Positions 39,507 to 52,072 of a stretch of DNA of 64,000 nt are shown here, piece after piece (position 1 is the first letter of the stretch; the number at the start of each line of letters is the position of its first letter). The stretch is from Malacoraja senta. Lineage: Eukaryota. Made by a program: the position numbers and the translations under genes. The stretch spans positions 32,984,001 through 33,048,000 of the forward strand of contig CM075986.1 in the NCBI GenBank assembly GCA_038087875.1, given 5' to 3'. Below the pieces are notes generated by a model, which did no database searches, was not told the origin of the DNA, and saw only the letters and a list, made by a program, of their open reading frames with translations.

Positions 39507-40252
39507 AGGGCCTGTCCCACTTAAGCGACTTTTCAGCGGACTGTCTGCGACCTTCAAGCTCGGATGCACTCGCCTGAAAAACCGTGAGCTGGAATGATCA
39601 TCAGAGCGGAACACACACACACACATCGCAAAGGCGGGGGCCAGGGAAAGCGGGGGAGCGCTGTCTGAAATTCACACGGTGCAACGCCAAGGTGATACCC
39701 ACGATGAACAGGAAGTTTAAAGACGGCTAGCACAGTGTACGGTAAGAGCGGGGGGGAGGTGAGAAGGGGGGGAAAAGGGGTGGAGACACTTTTAAGAAGC
39801 CAGACAAATTTTAATAAGCCAGAGATACACAGCTGTGAATTTAGCAGGCATTTAACATTACCGGTCGGTTTTCCTTGGTTCTGAAAACTCGTGCTTACGT
39901 TTTTTTCCCCCAATGAGCCAATGAAAATGCCCGGTTAACAAAGGAGATTAACTAAAACTACCTACGGCTACCTCGACTACCTACAACGACATGGCGACCC
40001 CACTACCACTGCACCTACGACTTCAAAAAGTATCGATTTTCTCCATGCCGACCAATTTCTGGTCGCGGAAAATTTTCCAACATGTTGAAAAAATTTGCGG
40101 GACCATACTGAGACCGCGAATAGTTACCACCATGCGGGAACTTGACCATGAAGGAGACTCACCAGAGACCACCTACGAACATGTGTCGACCATGTGGCGA
40201 GCGCAGAGTATCCTGAACTCACAAATAAGGTCGCTTAAGTGCGACAGGCCCT
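39507..40252. mobile_element. Harbinger-type non-autonomous transposon
   Basis: TIR AGGGCCTGTC(C/G)CACTTAAGCGAC and TTA TSD at 39504-39506 and 40253-40255. Confidence 0.85.
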
Positions 40253-41868
40253 TTAGGGTTAGATAAAAATTAAAATTTTGCTCCTGATGCCCTTTCACTG
40301 ATATAAGGACATTGATGCTGGTAATTCATATCTAAAATAGTACATATGTATAATTCAGCATTGAAATTTCTTACCTCAAGAAGCACACTTATACATTAAA
40401 ATTTTATAAAATGCAAAAATATATGGAAGAATTTTTTGAAAAACAAGAGGAAATGTACTCAAAGTTAACATTTAGATTTCAATATGGAGTCACCCCATAA
40501 GTGATGAGCCTTATGGAATACTGGAAATGGATTTATCGTCAAATATCCATTTTATATGGACCAGTAGTATTCTGCAACTTAGTCAGAGTGGTAAAATTCA
40601 GCACCCACAGCAATTGGCTATGTAATTAGCAAAAATTAATTCAGAACAATATGAATTGCACACATGTACAGCGAGGCCTCTTACATCTGTTCTCCCTCCA
40701 CTACTGCAATCAATCGGAAGAAGTCCTAGCCCGAAACGTTGCCATGTTCTCCAGAAATGTCGTCTCACCCAGATATCTCAGCACTTTGTGTGTGCTTATT
40801 TGATAGTTAGTTAAACTTATCCATCAATGCCGACTCTATCAAACCAGTTAATATTTGATCAAGTGTCGCCCTGACCTTAAGAGAAAATTTAGTAACCTCT
40901 TCACAAATGCTAGATTAATAAGTCTACAGTTTTCTGGTTTCTTCAATACCTGTCCCTTTACAAATAAAGTAGGATTTCCTTACTCTCATTCAAATCCTCT
41001 CATTATAAGGGCTAATACATCATATGCCTTTCTTATTACATTGCACCTATACAGTAAGCAGACCAACACAACCCAAATTTTGACTATTTAAAAAATACTC
41101 TACCTTAGGTTGTTTATCAAAATCTATGACCCCATGTTTTTTCCAAATACATCTTTGTTGTCACCCAGACTCTCAGCATGTCTTTATCCTTTTGAATCAT
41201 CTTCATATGGTCACGCTATTCACAAACTCTCAGTTTAACACCATTAGCAAACTTGAAAAAATGACACGCTCCTCTCAAACTGTTCATATAGATTGTGAAT
41301 AACTAGGGCTCAAGGATTTATCTGAGCGATTACCATTACTCAATCCATGTATTCCCATTCCAATTATTATTACATATTAAAATCAGTAAAAAAAACCTTT
41401 ACATAATTTCAGTTTTCCTGTAAGTGTCACTGCATCTGCCTTTACTTCTAAGACTGATACAAAGTAATTATTCACTAAATCTAATTTCTAGTTTCAAATA
41501 CAGCAACCCTTGTAACTGCAAGACTCACATGACCTTGAACTGTTCTCAATATGCTTAAAAATGTTGGCCTAGAAATTGAATGGCCTGCCATTGCTTATTT
41601 CAACAGATTGCAGTGGAAAATGTACCAATCTCAAATTCAAGGAGATTCCAATCATTCTGCCCGTCATCTGTCAGCATTCCACTCCGAGGGCTTTGACTTC
41701 CAATAATTGGACCTGAGCGCTCTGATAATTATAGTCATGGAAATACCAACAGCCGAGTGGTACTCTCCAAATGTGTACTTCATCATTTAGTTAGTTTGCA
41801 CAATCTGGCTTAAGTAGTTGTAAATGTTTGCCTCAGGTCCTCCACCAACAGAATAAGGAACAAGAACA

Positions 41869-41954
41869 AGGGTTTCGGCCCGAAACGTTGCCAATTTCCT
41901 TCGCTCCATAGATGCTGCTGCACCCGCTGAGTTTCTCCAGCATTTTTGTGTACC
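41869..41954 (+). mobile_element. Single-arm Penelope-derived short element
   Basis: 14-bp TSD AAGGAACAAGAACA at 41855-41868 and 41955-41968. Confidence 0.8.
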
Positions 41955-42039
41955 AAGGAACAAGAACATCCATGTTAGGTGGCAGAAGTAATCATTATAT
42001 AAGTGTTGATCCTATTACTCAGAGATTCTGGCTCAGAGC

Positions 42040-44872
42040 TTGAGGCTCAGTTAGAAACTATGATGTTGTGGGAATTACTGAGACATGGCTGCAAGAGGGC
42101 CAGGGCTGGGAACTGAATATTCAAGGGTATACCTCCAATCGAAAAGACAGGTGGGCAGAGGGGGTGGGGTTGCACTGTTGGTGAGGAATGAAATTCAGTC
42201 CCTTGCAAGGGGAGACATTGAAACAGGAGATGTTGAGTCAGGATGGATAGAACTAAGGAATTGTAAGGGTAAAAAGACCCTAATGGGACTAATCTACAGG
42301 CCCCCAAACAGTAGCCTGGACATAGGGCGCAAGTTGAATCAGGAGTTAAAATTGGCATGTAGCAAGAGTAATGCTGTGGTTGTTATGGGAGATTTCATCA
42401 TGCAGGTAGACTGGGAAAATCAGGTTGGCACTGGACCCCAAGAAAGGGACTTTGTAGAGTGCCTTCGTGATGGATTCTTAGAACAGCTTGTATTGGAGCC
42501 TACCAGGGAGAAGGCAATTCTGGATTTAGTGTTATGTAATGAACCGGATTTGATAAAGGACCTCGAGGTTAATGAGCCATTAGGAGGTAGTGACCATAAC
42601 ATGGTCAGGTTTAATCTACAATTGGAGAGGGAGAAGGGTAGATCGGAGGTGTCAGTGTTACAGTTGAATAAAGGGGACTATGGGGGCATGAGGGAGGAGC
42701 TGGCCAAAGTTGACCGGAAAGATACACTAGCAGGGATGACAGTGGAACAAAAATGGCAGGTATTTCGAGGAATAATACACAAGGTGCAAGATCAGGTCAT
42801 TCCTAGGAGGAAGAAAGATTCCAAGGGGAGAAAGGGGCGACCATGGCTGACAAGGGACGTCAGGGACAGTATACAAATTAAAGCGAAGAAGTACAACGCA
42901 GCAAAGATGAGCGGGAAGCAAGAGGATTGGGTAATGTTTAAAGAACAACAGAAGATATCTAAAAAGACAATACGGGGAGAAAAGATGAGGTATGAAGGTA
43001 AGCTAGCCAAGAATATAAAGCACGATAGTAAAAGCTTCTTTAGGTATGTGAAGAGGAAAAAATTAGTTAAGACCAAAGTTGTACCCTTGAAGACCGAAAA
43101 AGGTGAATTTATTATGGGGAACAAGGAAATGGCAGATGAGTTGAACCGGTACTTTGGATCTGTCTTCACTAAGGAGGACACAAACAATCTTCCTGATGTA
43201 GTAGTGGCCAGAGGATCTGGGGTGACGGAGGAACTGAAGGAAATCCACATTAGGCAGGAAATGATGTTGGATAGACTGATGGGACTGAAGGCTGATTAAT
43301 CCCCAGGGCCTGATGGTCTGCATCCCTGGGTAATTAAGGAAGTGGCTCTAGAAATCGTGGATGAATTGGTGATAATTTTCCAATGTTCTAATGACTCAGG
43401 ATCAGTTCCTGTGGATTGGAGGGTAGCTAATGTTATCCCACTTTTTAAGAAAGGCGGGAGAGAGAAAACAAGGAATTATAGACCAGTTAGCCTGAAATCG
43501 GTGGTGGGGAAGATGCTGGAGTCAATTATAAAAGAAGAAATAGCCGCACATTTGGATAGCAGTAACAGGATCGGTCCGAGTCAGCATAGATTTACGAAGT
43601 GGAAATCATGCTTGACTAATCTTCTGGAATTTTTTGAAGATGTAACTCGGAAAATGGACAAGGGAGAGCCAGTGGATGTAGTGTACCTGGACTTTCAGAA
43701 AGCATTTGATAAGGTCCCACATAGGAGATTAGTGGGCAAAATTAGGGCACATGGTATTGGGGGTAGAGTGCTGACATGGATAGAGAAGTGGTTGGCAGAC
43801 AGGAAACAAAGAGTAGGGATTAACGGGTCCCTTTCAGAATGGCAGGCACTGACTAGTGGGGTACAGCAAGGCTCGGTGCTGGGACCGCAGCTATTTACAA
43901 TATACATCAATGATTTGGATGAAGGGATTCAAAGTAACATTAGCAAATTTGCAGATGACACAAAGCTGGGTGGCAGTGTGAACTGTGAGGAGGATGCTAT
44001 GAGAATGCAGGGTGACTTGGACAGGTTGGGGGAGTGGGCAGATGCATGGCAGATGAAGTTTAATGCGGATAAATGTGAGGTTATCCACTTTGGTAGCAAA
44101 AACAGGAAGACAGATTACTATTTAAGTGGCGTCAAGTTGGGAAAAGGGGAAGTACAACGGGATCTGGGGGTCCTTTTTCATCAGTCTATGAAAGTAAGCA
44201 TGCAGGTACAGCAGGCAGTGAAGAAAGCGAATGGCATGTTGGCCTTTATAACAAGAGGAATCGAATATAGGAGCAAAGAGGTCCTTCTGCAGTTGTACAG
44301 GGCATAATGTGAGACCACGCCTGGAGTATGGTGTGCAGTTTTGGTCCCCTAATTTGAGGAAGGACATTCTTGCTATTGAGGGAGTGCAGCATAGGTTTAC
44401 AAGGTTAATTCCCGGGATGGCGGGACTGTCATATGCTGAGAGAATGGAGCAGCTGGGCTTGTACACTCTGGAGTTTAGAAGGATGAGAGGGGATCTCATT
44501 GAAACATGTAAGATTGTTAAGGGTTTGGACACGCTAGAGGCAGGAAACATGTTCCTGATGTTGGGGGAGTCCAGAACCAAGGGCCACAGTTTAAGAATAA
44601 GGAGTAAGCCATTTAGAACGGAGACGAGGAAACACTTTTTCTCACAGAGAGTGGTGAGTCTGTGGAATTCTCTGCATCAGAGGGCGGTGGAGGCAGGTTC
44701 TCTAGATGCTTTCAAGAGAGAGCTAGATAGGGCTCTTAAAAATAGCGGAGTCAGGGGATATGGGGAGAAGGCAGGAACGGGGTACTGATTGGGGATGATC
44801 AGCCATGATCACATTGAATGGCGGTGCTGGCTCGAAGGGCCGAATGGCCTACTCCTGCACCTATTGTCTATT
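42040..44872 (+). mobile_element. CR1 LINE with almost complete ORF2 (few lesions)
   Basis: ORFs 42085-43299 (endonuclease: YRPP, GDF, SDH), 43342-44307 (RT) and 44309-44788, with a 3' (CTATTGT)n tail. Confidence 0.93.
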
Positions 44873-45219
44873 CTGTGAGGATCTCACTCCATGAATTTCA
44901 AGTACAAGCGAAGTTGTAAGTTTTGCAATTATGGGCTGCATCCTTAACATGATCATGATTCAACTGCCAAGGGGCTGCAGTGAGTGATCATTGTTGTAAT
45001 ACCCCTCACCGGTTATGTACGCACCCAATCTGCAGTGAAACATGCAGTAAGTTCACACAAAGATGGTCAGTTCCTGCTGAGGAAAAAAGCATTCGCGCAA
45101 TAATAAAAATATGGGGTCAGTCACAAAAAATGTCTTGTCCATTAATTTCTAATGTAATCTTTGCCTCAACCAGCCATCTAGATAATGATTAAGCAGGATA
45201 ACAAATTTATGTTCATCTT

Positions 45220-47085
45220 TACCATCCACTGTGGTAATGCAGAGGGAGGAGGTATAGGGAAAGATGTGTGTCTATCTCCTGTTGTTGCAGGGGAAAGTAG
45301 CTGGTGAGGGGGTGGTTAAGGTGGAAAGGGATGAGTGAACCGAGAAGTTGGGGAGGGAGCAGAAAGATGGGAGGCGTAAAGAGGCAGAGATGGGAAAATG
45401 TGACTAGTGCTGGGATCACGTTAGAGGTGGCAGAAATGTTGGTATATGATGCGTTGGATGCGGAGGTTGTGGGGTGAAAAGTGAGAATTAGGGAAACTCT
45501 ATCCTTGTTCTGTATGGGGGGAGGGGGACAAAGAGCAGAACTATAAGACACAAATGTAATGTGGGTGAGGGGTCCATCTATGACAGAAACCACATTTACT
45601 AAAGAAAGTGGCCATCTTGGATGTCCTAGAATGGAAAGTCTCGTCCTGGAAACAGATTTAGACTTTCGACTTTGGAGATACAGTGTGGAAATTGGCCCAA
45701 TTAACCTATCAAGTGTGGGAGGAAACCGGAGCAGAGAAAACAGATGCAGTTATAAGAAGAACGTGCAAACTCCGTACAGACAGCACCAGTGGTCAGGATT
45801 AAATCTGGGTTTCAGGCGCTGTATGGCAGCAACTTTACTGGTGAGCCATCTCAGCTGCCCAGAGATGGAGGAATTGAGACTTAGGAATAGCATATTTTCA
45901 AGAGGCAGGGTGAGAGAAAGTGTAGCCCAAATACTGTAAAAGTTGGTAGGTTTATAATAGACGTTAGTCAATAGGTGAATACAGGTGAGGGGTGTGATAA
46001 GCAGATGGGTGGAGAAAGTGACAAAGGCTAGAGATGAAAAGAAGGCAAAAAAGTGTCACAAGGAGGGAAATGGATGGAAGAGGAATGAGATGGGATAAAA
46101 GGGAACTGAGAGACACAAGAATGGGAGAATAACGTATGAAGGAGGAGAGGAGCAGGGTGACTGGGATAGTGGGAGTAATGTGTGCACACCGGGGGGGGGG
46201 GGGGGGATGGGAAACAGGGATAGGACATTACTTGGAATTGGAGAATTCAATGTTCATACCATTGGGTTGTAAGCTATGAGATGCTGTTCTTCCAATTTGC
46301 ACGTGGCCTCACTCTGTGCAGGAGGCCAAGGACAGAAAGGTCAGAATAGAAATGGGAATTAGTTAGAATGGTTAGCAACCAGTAGCTCCAGCAGGCCTTG
46401 GCGGACACAGTGCAAGTGTTCAGTGAAACATCACCTCGTTCACACTTGGTCTTGATCTAAAGAAGGCTATATTGGGAGCACCCAATGCAGTATTGCAAGA
46501 ACAGCACCTCATATTCCCCCTGGGTAGCTTACAATCAAGTAACCCAAGGAGTTATTGCATGAAATCCCCTAATTTCATGTAATATCCCCACCACCCACAC
46601 TCTTTCCTTTGCCACCCGCTCCAGTGCATACACATTTCCCCCACCACCTTGCCTGTTCCCCCTACTCCGTACGGTCATTTTCCATCTGCGAATCCCAATA
46701 TTCTTTTTTTATCCCTCCCACTGTGTCCTATTCTCATTTTCTTTCACCCATATCCCTCCCTCTGGCTTTACATTTCACTCCTCTTCTTTCCATATTGGAC
46801 ACCCCTCTGTCCCTTTTTACCTCTAACCAGTCACTTTCTCCACCTATCTGCCACTCACCTACTCCGTTCATCGGTATCCACCTATCATTTGCCATGCTTT
46901 GTCCCACCCCCACTTCTCTTTTCCAGCTTTCTCTCTCCTACTCCAATCAGTCTGAAGAAGGGATCTGGCCTGAAACACCAGATGTCCATTCCTTCAACAG
47001 ATGCTGCCCTACCCATTAAGTTCCTCCAGCAGTTTGCATTTTGCTCAAGTTTCCAGCATCCACAGTTTCTTATGTCTCTCTTTCT
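45220..47085. mobile_element. Decayed Penelope-like element with inverted 3'/pLTR arrangement
   Basis: Minus strand: NKDRVSLILTFHPT and SLQPNGMNIEFSN. Plus strand: QHLIFPLGSLQ (~46500) followed by a pLTR with CTGAAGA..GAAAC at 46952-46976. Confidence 0.65.
45655..45840 (-). mobile_element. HE1-like V-SINE fragment
   Basis: V-domain-like GGAGTTTGCACGTTCT..TGCTCCGGTTTCCTCCCAC with a degenerate tRNA head. Confidence 0.65.
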
Positions 47086-47984
47086 TTAACACATGTTGAT
47101 TCTGGCCAATCACATTTTGCTTTTCTCTGTAATTACTTCCTTAATGAATTCAGGCACTTTCCTGACAAATGATGTTGGGCTGACCAGTTTGTGGTTTCCC
47201 AACTTGACTTAATTGACGAGTTTGCTGGGCACTTCAGATATCAGACAAGAGGAAACCACATTGGTTTGGGATTGCAACATATAGGTCAGAAACAGTGCCA
47301 TTCATTTATCCAGAGATGTTGCCTGACCCGCTGAATAACTCCAGCTTTTTGTGTCTATTGTCAATGTTCTTTTCATGGTTCCTTTTACCAACACTAGACT
47401 GCCTAAAAACCTGAATTCCTTCAAGGTATTCAGAGGCCCACAATAATTCTTACAATCAACTTTAATAAGTTGATTACACAACAATCTCCCATTGTTCACT
47501 ATTCTCACCAGCAAAGACATGTCTCTAAATTTGTAACACAGGTGCAACCATGTGATAAGCCTTTACTTAAAGAAAGCATGCTACTTACGCAGTATTATTC
47601 AAAGCTGTACAGACATTTTGGTCATTAAATTCTTGACATAAGCACCAGGTATACTTGTTGATATTTTTGACATTTAAAAAAACTTACACAAAAGAACAAA
47701 TTATGCAGTGTTATTACACAAAAGAACAAATTATGACAGCCAAAATATTGAGCATTTGACTACAGAACAAAACTTTAGGACTGGCTCTTCACTTCCATCA
47801 TTATGAAAATATGATGCATTTATCCTATATTCATTATTTTATATACAAAGAACAAACTGCATTTAATGAGATTTATCATTTGAACAGCAATAAATCATTG
47901 GCTCATTTGATTAACTAACTTGGAACCTGTGTAACAAATTGTGTTTCAACTGCAAATGAACTTCATTTCAAACAGAAAATGACA

Positions 47985-50168
47985 AGAAAGGAGCGAGAGA
48001 GAAAACGGGGAATTACAGACCAGTTAGCCTGACTTCGGTAGTGGGAAAGATGCTGGAGTCAATAATTAAAGAGGTAATAATGGGGCATTTGGATAGCAGT
48101 AAAAGGATTAGTTCACATCAACATGGATTTATTATTATTATTTCATTATTATTATTTATTTGTCATTTGGACAAATTTGTCATTTGGACCCCGTTGAGGT
48201 CCAAACGAAATATCGTTTCTGCAGCCATACATTACAAAACGAAGAAGACCCGAGACACAACACAATTTACACATACATCCATCACAGCGCTGTGATGGAA
48301 GGCAAAAAAAACGTATCTCTCCACTGCACTCCCCCCCCCGATGTCAGAGTCAAAGTCAAAGCCCCCGGCGGGCGATGGTGATTATCCCGCGGCCATTAAA
48401 GCCACGCCGGTTAATGCAAGGTCGCGCACCGGGTCTTGGTGTTAGAGCCCCGGCGCGCGCTCGCAAAGGACCGCGGCCACTCCAAGCCGCGCGGGGCGAC
48501 GATGTAAAGCCCCGCTCCAGGTGCTCTTCAACCCCGCAACTCGGGCGGGAGAAGTCGCCGCTGCGGAAGCCCCGAAAAGCGGTCTCCCCCCAGGGACCCG
48601 CGGGCTTCCGGTGTTGCCGTCCGCCAGACCCGCGGTTGTAGCCTCCGAATCTCCGGGGGTCGGGTAGCAGCAGCGATTGTATCCACCACAGCTCCACCCG
48701 CTCCGGACTCGACCAGCTCCGTGACGGTGAGTAGTCCGCAGCTCCGCAACTGGAGCCCCAGGTCGTTCCTGCTGGAGGCCGCTCCACGTTGCCCAGCCCC
48801 AACGACAACGGAGACCCGACAAAGAAAAGGTCGGGTCTCCCGTGCAGGGGAAAGATTTTAAAGTTTCCCCCCCCCCCACCCCCCCACACACATACCCCGA
48901 CAAAAAAATAAATAAAAATTACATAAAAACAAGACAAAAATAATAAAAAGACAGACGGACTGCAGAAGCCGCTGCTGACGAGCCTTTATGAAAGGGAAAT
49001 CGTGCTGGACTATTCTTCTGGAATTTTTTGAGGATGTGACAAGTAAAATGGATGAAGGGGTGCCAGTGGATGTAGTGTATCTAGATTTTCAGAAAGCCTT
49101 TGATAAGGTCCCGCACGGGAGACTGGTGACTAAAATTAGAGCACATGGAATTAGGGGTAGGGTGTTGACATGGATAGAAAATTGGTTGGCAGACAGGAAG
49201 CAAAGAGTAGGATTGAACGGGTCCTTTTCAGAATGGCAGGCAGTGGCGAGTGGAGTGCCTCAAGTCTCGGTGTTGGGGCCGCAACTGTTTACCATATATA
49301 TTAATGATTTGGAAGAGGGAATTAGGAGCAGCACTAGCAAGTTTGCGGATGACACAAAGCTGGGTGGCAGTGTGAACTGTGAAGAGGATGTTAGGTTGCA
49401 GGGTGACCTGGACAGGTTGAGTGAGTGGGCAGATGCGTGGCAGATGCAGTATAATATAGATAAATGTGAGGTTATCCACTTTGGCGGCAAAAACAAGGGG
49501 GCAGATTATTATCTCAATGGGGTTAGGTTAGGCAAGGGGGAGATGCAGTGAGATTTCAGTAAAGGAGTAAAGAGGTTCTTCTACAGTTGTATAGGGCTCT
49601 GATGAGACCACATCTGGAGTATTGTGTACAGTTTTGGTCTCCTAATTTGAAGGACATCCTTGTGATTGAGGCAGTGCAGCGTAGGTTCACGAGATTGATC
49701 CCTGGGATGGCGGGACTGTCATATGAGGAAAGATTGAAAAGACTAGGCTTGTATTCACTGGTTTAGAAGGATGAGGGGGGATCTTATAGAAACATATAAA
49801 ATTATAGAAGGACTGGACAAGCTAGATGCAGGAAAAATGTTCCCAATGTTGGGCGAGTCCAGAACCAGGGGCCACAGTCTTAGAATAAAGGGGAAGCCAT
49901 TTAAGACTAAGGTGAGAAAAAACTTTTTCACCCAGAGAGTTGTGAATTTGTGGAATTCCCTGCCACAGAGGGCAGTGGAGGCCAAGTCACTGGATGGATT
50001 TAAGAGAGAGTTAGATAGAGCTCTACGGGCTAGTGAATCAAGGGATATGGGGAGAAGGCAGGCACGGGTTATTGATTGGGGACGATCAGCCATGGTCACA
50101 ATGAATGGCGGTGCTGGCTTGAAGGGCCGAATGGCCTCCTCCTGCACCTATTTTCTATATTTCTATGA
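47985..50168 (+). mobile_element. CR1 3' portion interrupted at 48133-48984
   Basis: RT ORF 48988-49551 and a 3'UTR with TTTCTAT repeats. Confidence 0.9.
48133..48984 (-). mobile_element. GC/CpG-rich non-coding retro-element with (AAT)n tail
   Basis: TTTAT TSD at 48128-48132 and 48985-48989. Same overall layout as 58931-59794 but diverged. Confidence 0.65.
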
Positions 50169-51978
50169 CATCACCTTTCCCCCTTAAACATAGATTCACA
50201 ATGGAAAAAATGTTTGGGCCCCGTACCTGGACCAATTCCTGATTAGTGCTAAATTTAGAGGCTTGGAGTTAGAATGACAGAAATGCCATTCTACTGAACC
50301 AGACTCAATGGGAAGTATTGGTTATTTTGCAGGGTCAGCTCACAACAGAGAGAGAAAGACAGAAGATGCCAACTTAATCTGGATTTCAAGCCTTTTAGGG
50401 TGAAATTTTGTTGAATCCAACTCGAATCATTGGCATGAGCATAGATTTATCCCAACTTTCAAACTGCATTGTAAAACCTGAACATATATTCTCTGAATTA
50501 ATTGTCCATTAATTTAACAATTTCAGTATTTGAGATTAACAAATTTTCTCTTACAAAGGCCACAAAGGTAATAGTATAAATATATTTTGTTTAGGTTCTG
50601 TAGCAATGAAGAGGTTTTTGCCCCCTATTTATGTCACGCAGCATTTAAGGTTTATTCAGAGATTTGAAAAATTCCCAAAGGGAGGTTAAGTCTGACAATC
50701 AAGAGTACTAAATGGTTACCATTCATGTGTTTTATCCACTAAGTGTCAAGTGTTATGGCACGTGTGTTTATAAAATTAATTCCATGAAAGTGCAGAAATT
50801 ACATTACAATTAAACTGTAAATTGAGGAACCTTGAGGAACATCAATCAGATGTCCTTTATTTGCCTTTATTATTTTCTATATTTTTCTTTTCTATATTTT
50901 GATGTATAGCTAGCTGAATATGCCAAATTTCTTAGGATATGGCAAAGATCTTTCAATCTTCAATCTTTTATCTCTCTTATCCTCAGCTCATTGTTTATTT
51001 TTTTCAAATTCCTAGTTCTTGCTTTTCCCTTGGTGAAGTATGACTACATCCTGAGACCTGATAGGCTGCCGTAGGCTAGGAGTGCTGACCATTTCCCAGC
51101 AAAACACATTACGCCATGGACCATTGCCCAGGACACCCTCTCGGTGTTGTTGCTTATAAGGGCTCATTGACCCTTCAGAATTGGGATGCCAACTTTAGAT
51201 GCATGAATTAATCGAGGGTTGATCACGTGAGACCATGACCATAACATCAATCCATGTATCAGTAGATCATGAGATTTTAATCATGATCTCTACGATTTTA
51301 TTAAACTTACCTTAAAAATAAGTCCCCTGCAGTTGAGAACCTTTATTCACGATGTTGAACCAGTAGCTTATATACGAGGGTTCAATTACTAATTGCATAA
51401 TTAGGAATACTCTCAATTTTTGTCATACTTTTTTGCTTAACTTTCATTCATTTTACATCACCATCTATATCTCTCGTTTCCCTTTCCCGACTCTCAGCCT
51501 GAAGAAATGTCTCGACCAGAACGTCACCCATTCTTTCTCTCCGGAGAAGCCGCCTGTCATGCTGAGTTGCACCAGCATTTTGTGTCTATCTCTCAATTTG
51601 ATACGCAGTCTCTGCTAAGTTACACAAATTTCTGGGATTCTGAAATGAATTTCAAGTCACTGCAGCCTACGAAACCCAGCATTCCGTACTCAAGAGTTCT
51701 ATGCAAATGCATCATTGCAGCACTGAATATGCCAAGTTAGAGCAGAAAACTCACATATACAAAAAGGTTCTGGGGACACTAACTGCAGACATTCCAAGTT
51801 ATGTGGCCAAGAAATCATAAACAAGTGTTGGAAACCAAAAACAGGAGGAAAATTCAGTCTGTCATTGTATCAAAATGTGACAAAGCTTGCCTTTGATTCA
51901 GGATGTGGGTTCAAAATCAACTCCATTCCAGAAGTTAAAAATTCAGACTGATATTTCAGTGCACTACGAAGATTACAG

Positions 51979-52072
51979 GTAGACAAAAATGCTAGAGAAA
52001 CTCAGCGGGTGAGGCAGCATCTATGGAGCGAAGGAAATAGGCAACGTTTTGGGTCGAAACCCTTCTTCAGAC
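51979..52072 (-). mobile_element. Single-arm Penelope-derived short element
   Basis: 9-bp TSD AGATTACAG at 51970-51978 and 52073-52081. Confidence 0.8.
52041..52072 (-). ncRNA. Minimal hammerhead ribozyme-like motif (one core substitution)
   Basis: gt-CTGAAGA-A-GGGT TTCG ACCC-AAAA-CG-TT-gc. Other copies (41869, 37321) have GAAA at the mutated position. Confidence 0.5.

Noticed and set aside
42085-44788. Active or domesticated reverse transcriptase gene
   Set aside because: In-frame stop at 43299, frameshift at ~44305 and 5' truncation. It is an ordinary young CR1 copy.
51880-51970. DeuSINE-like fragment
   Set aside because: Similarity is too degraded to support by eye.
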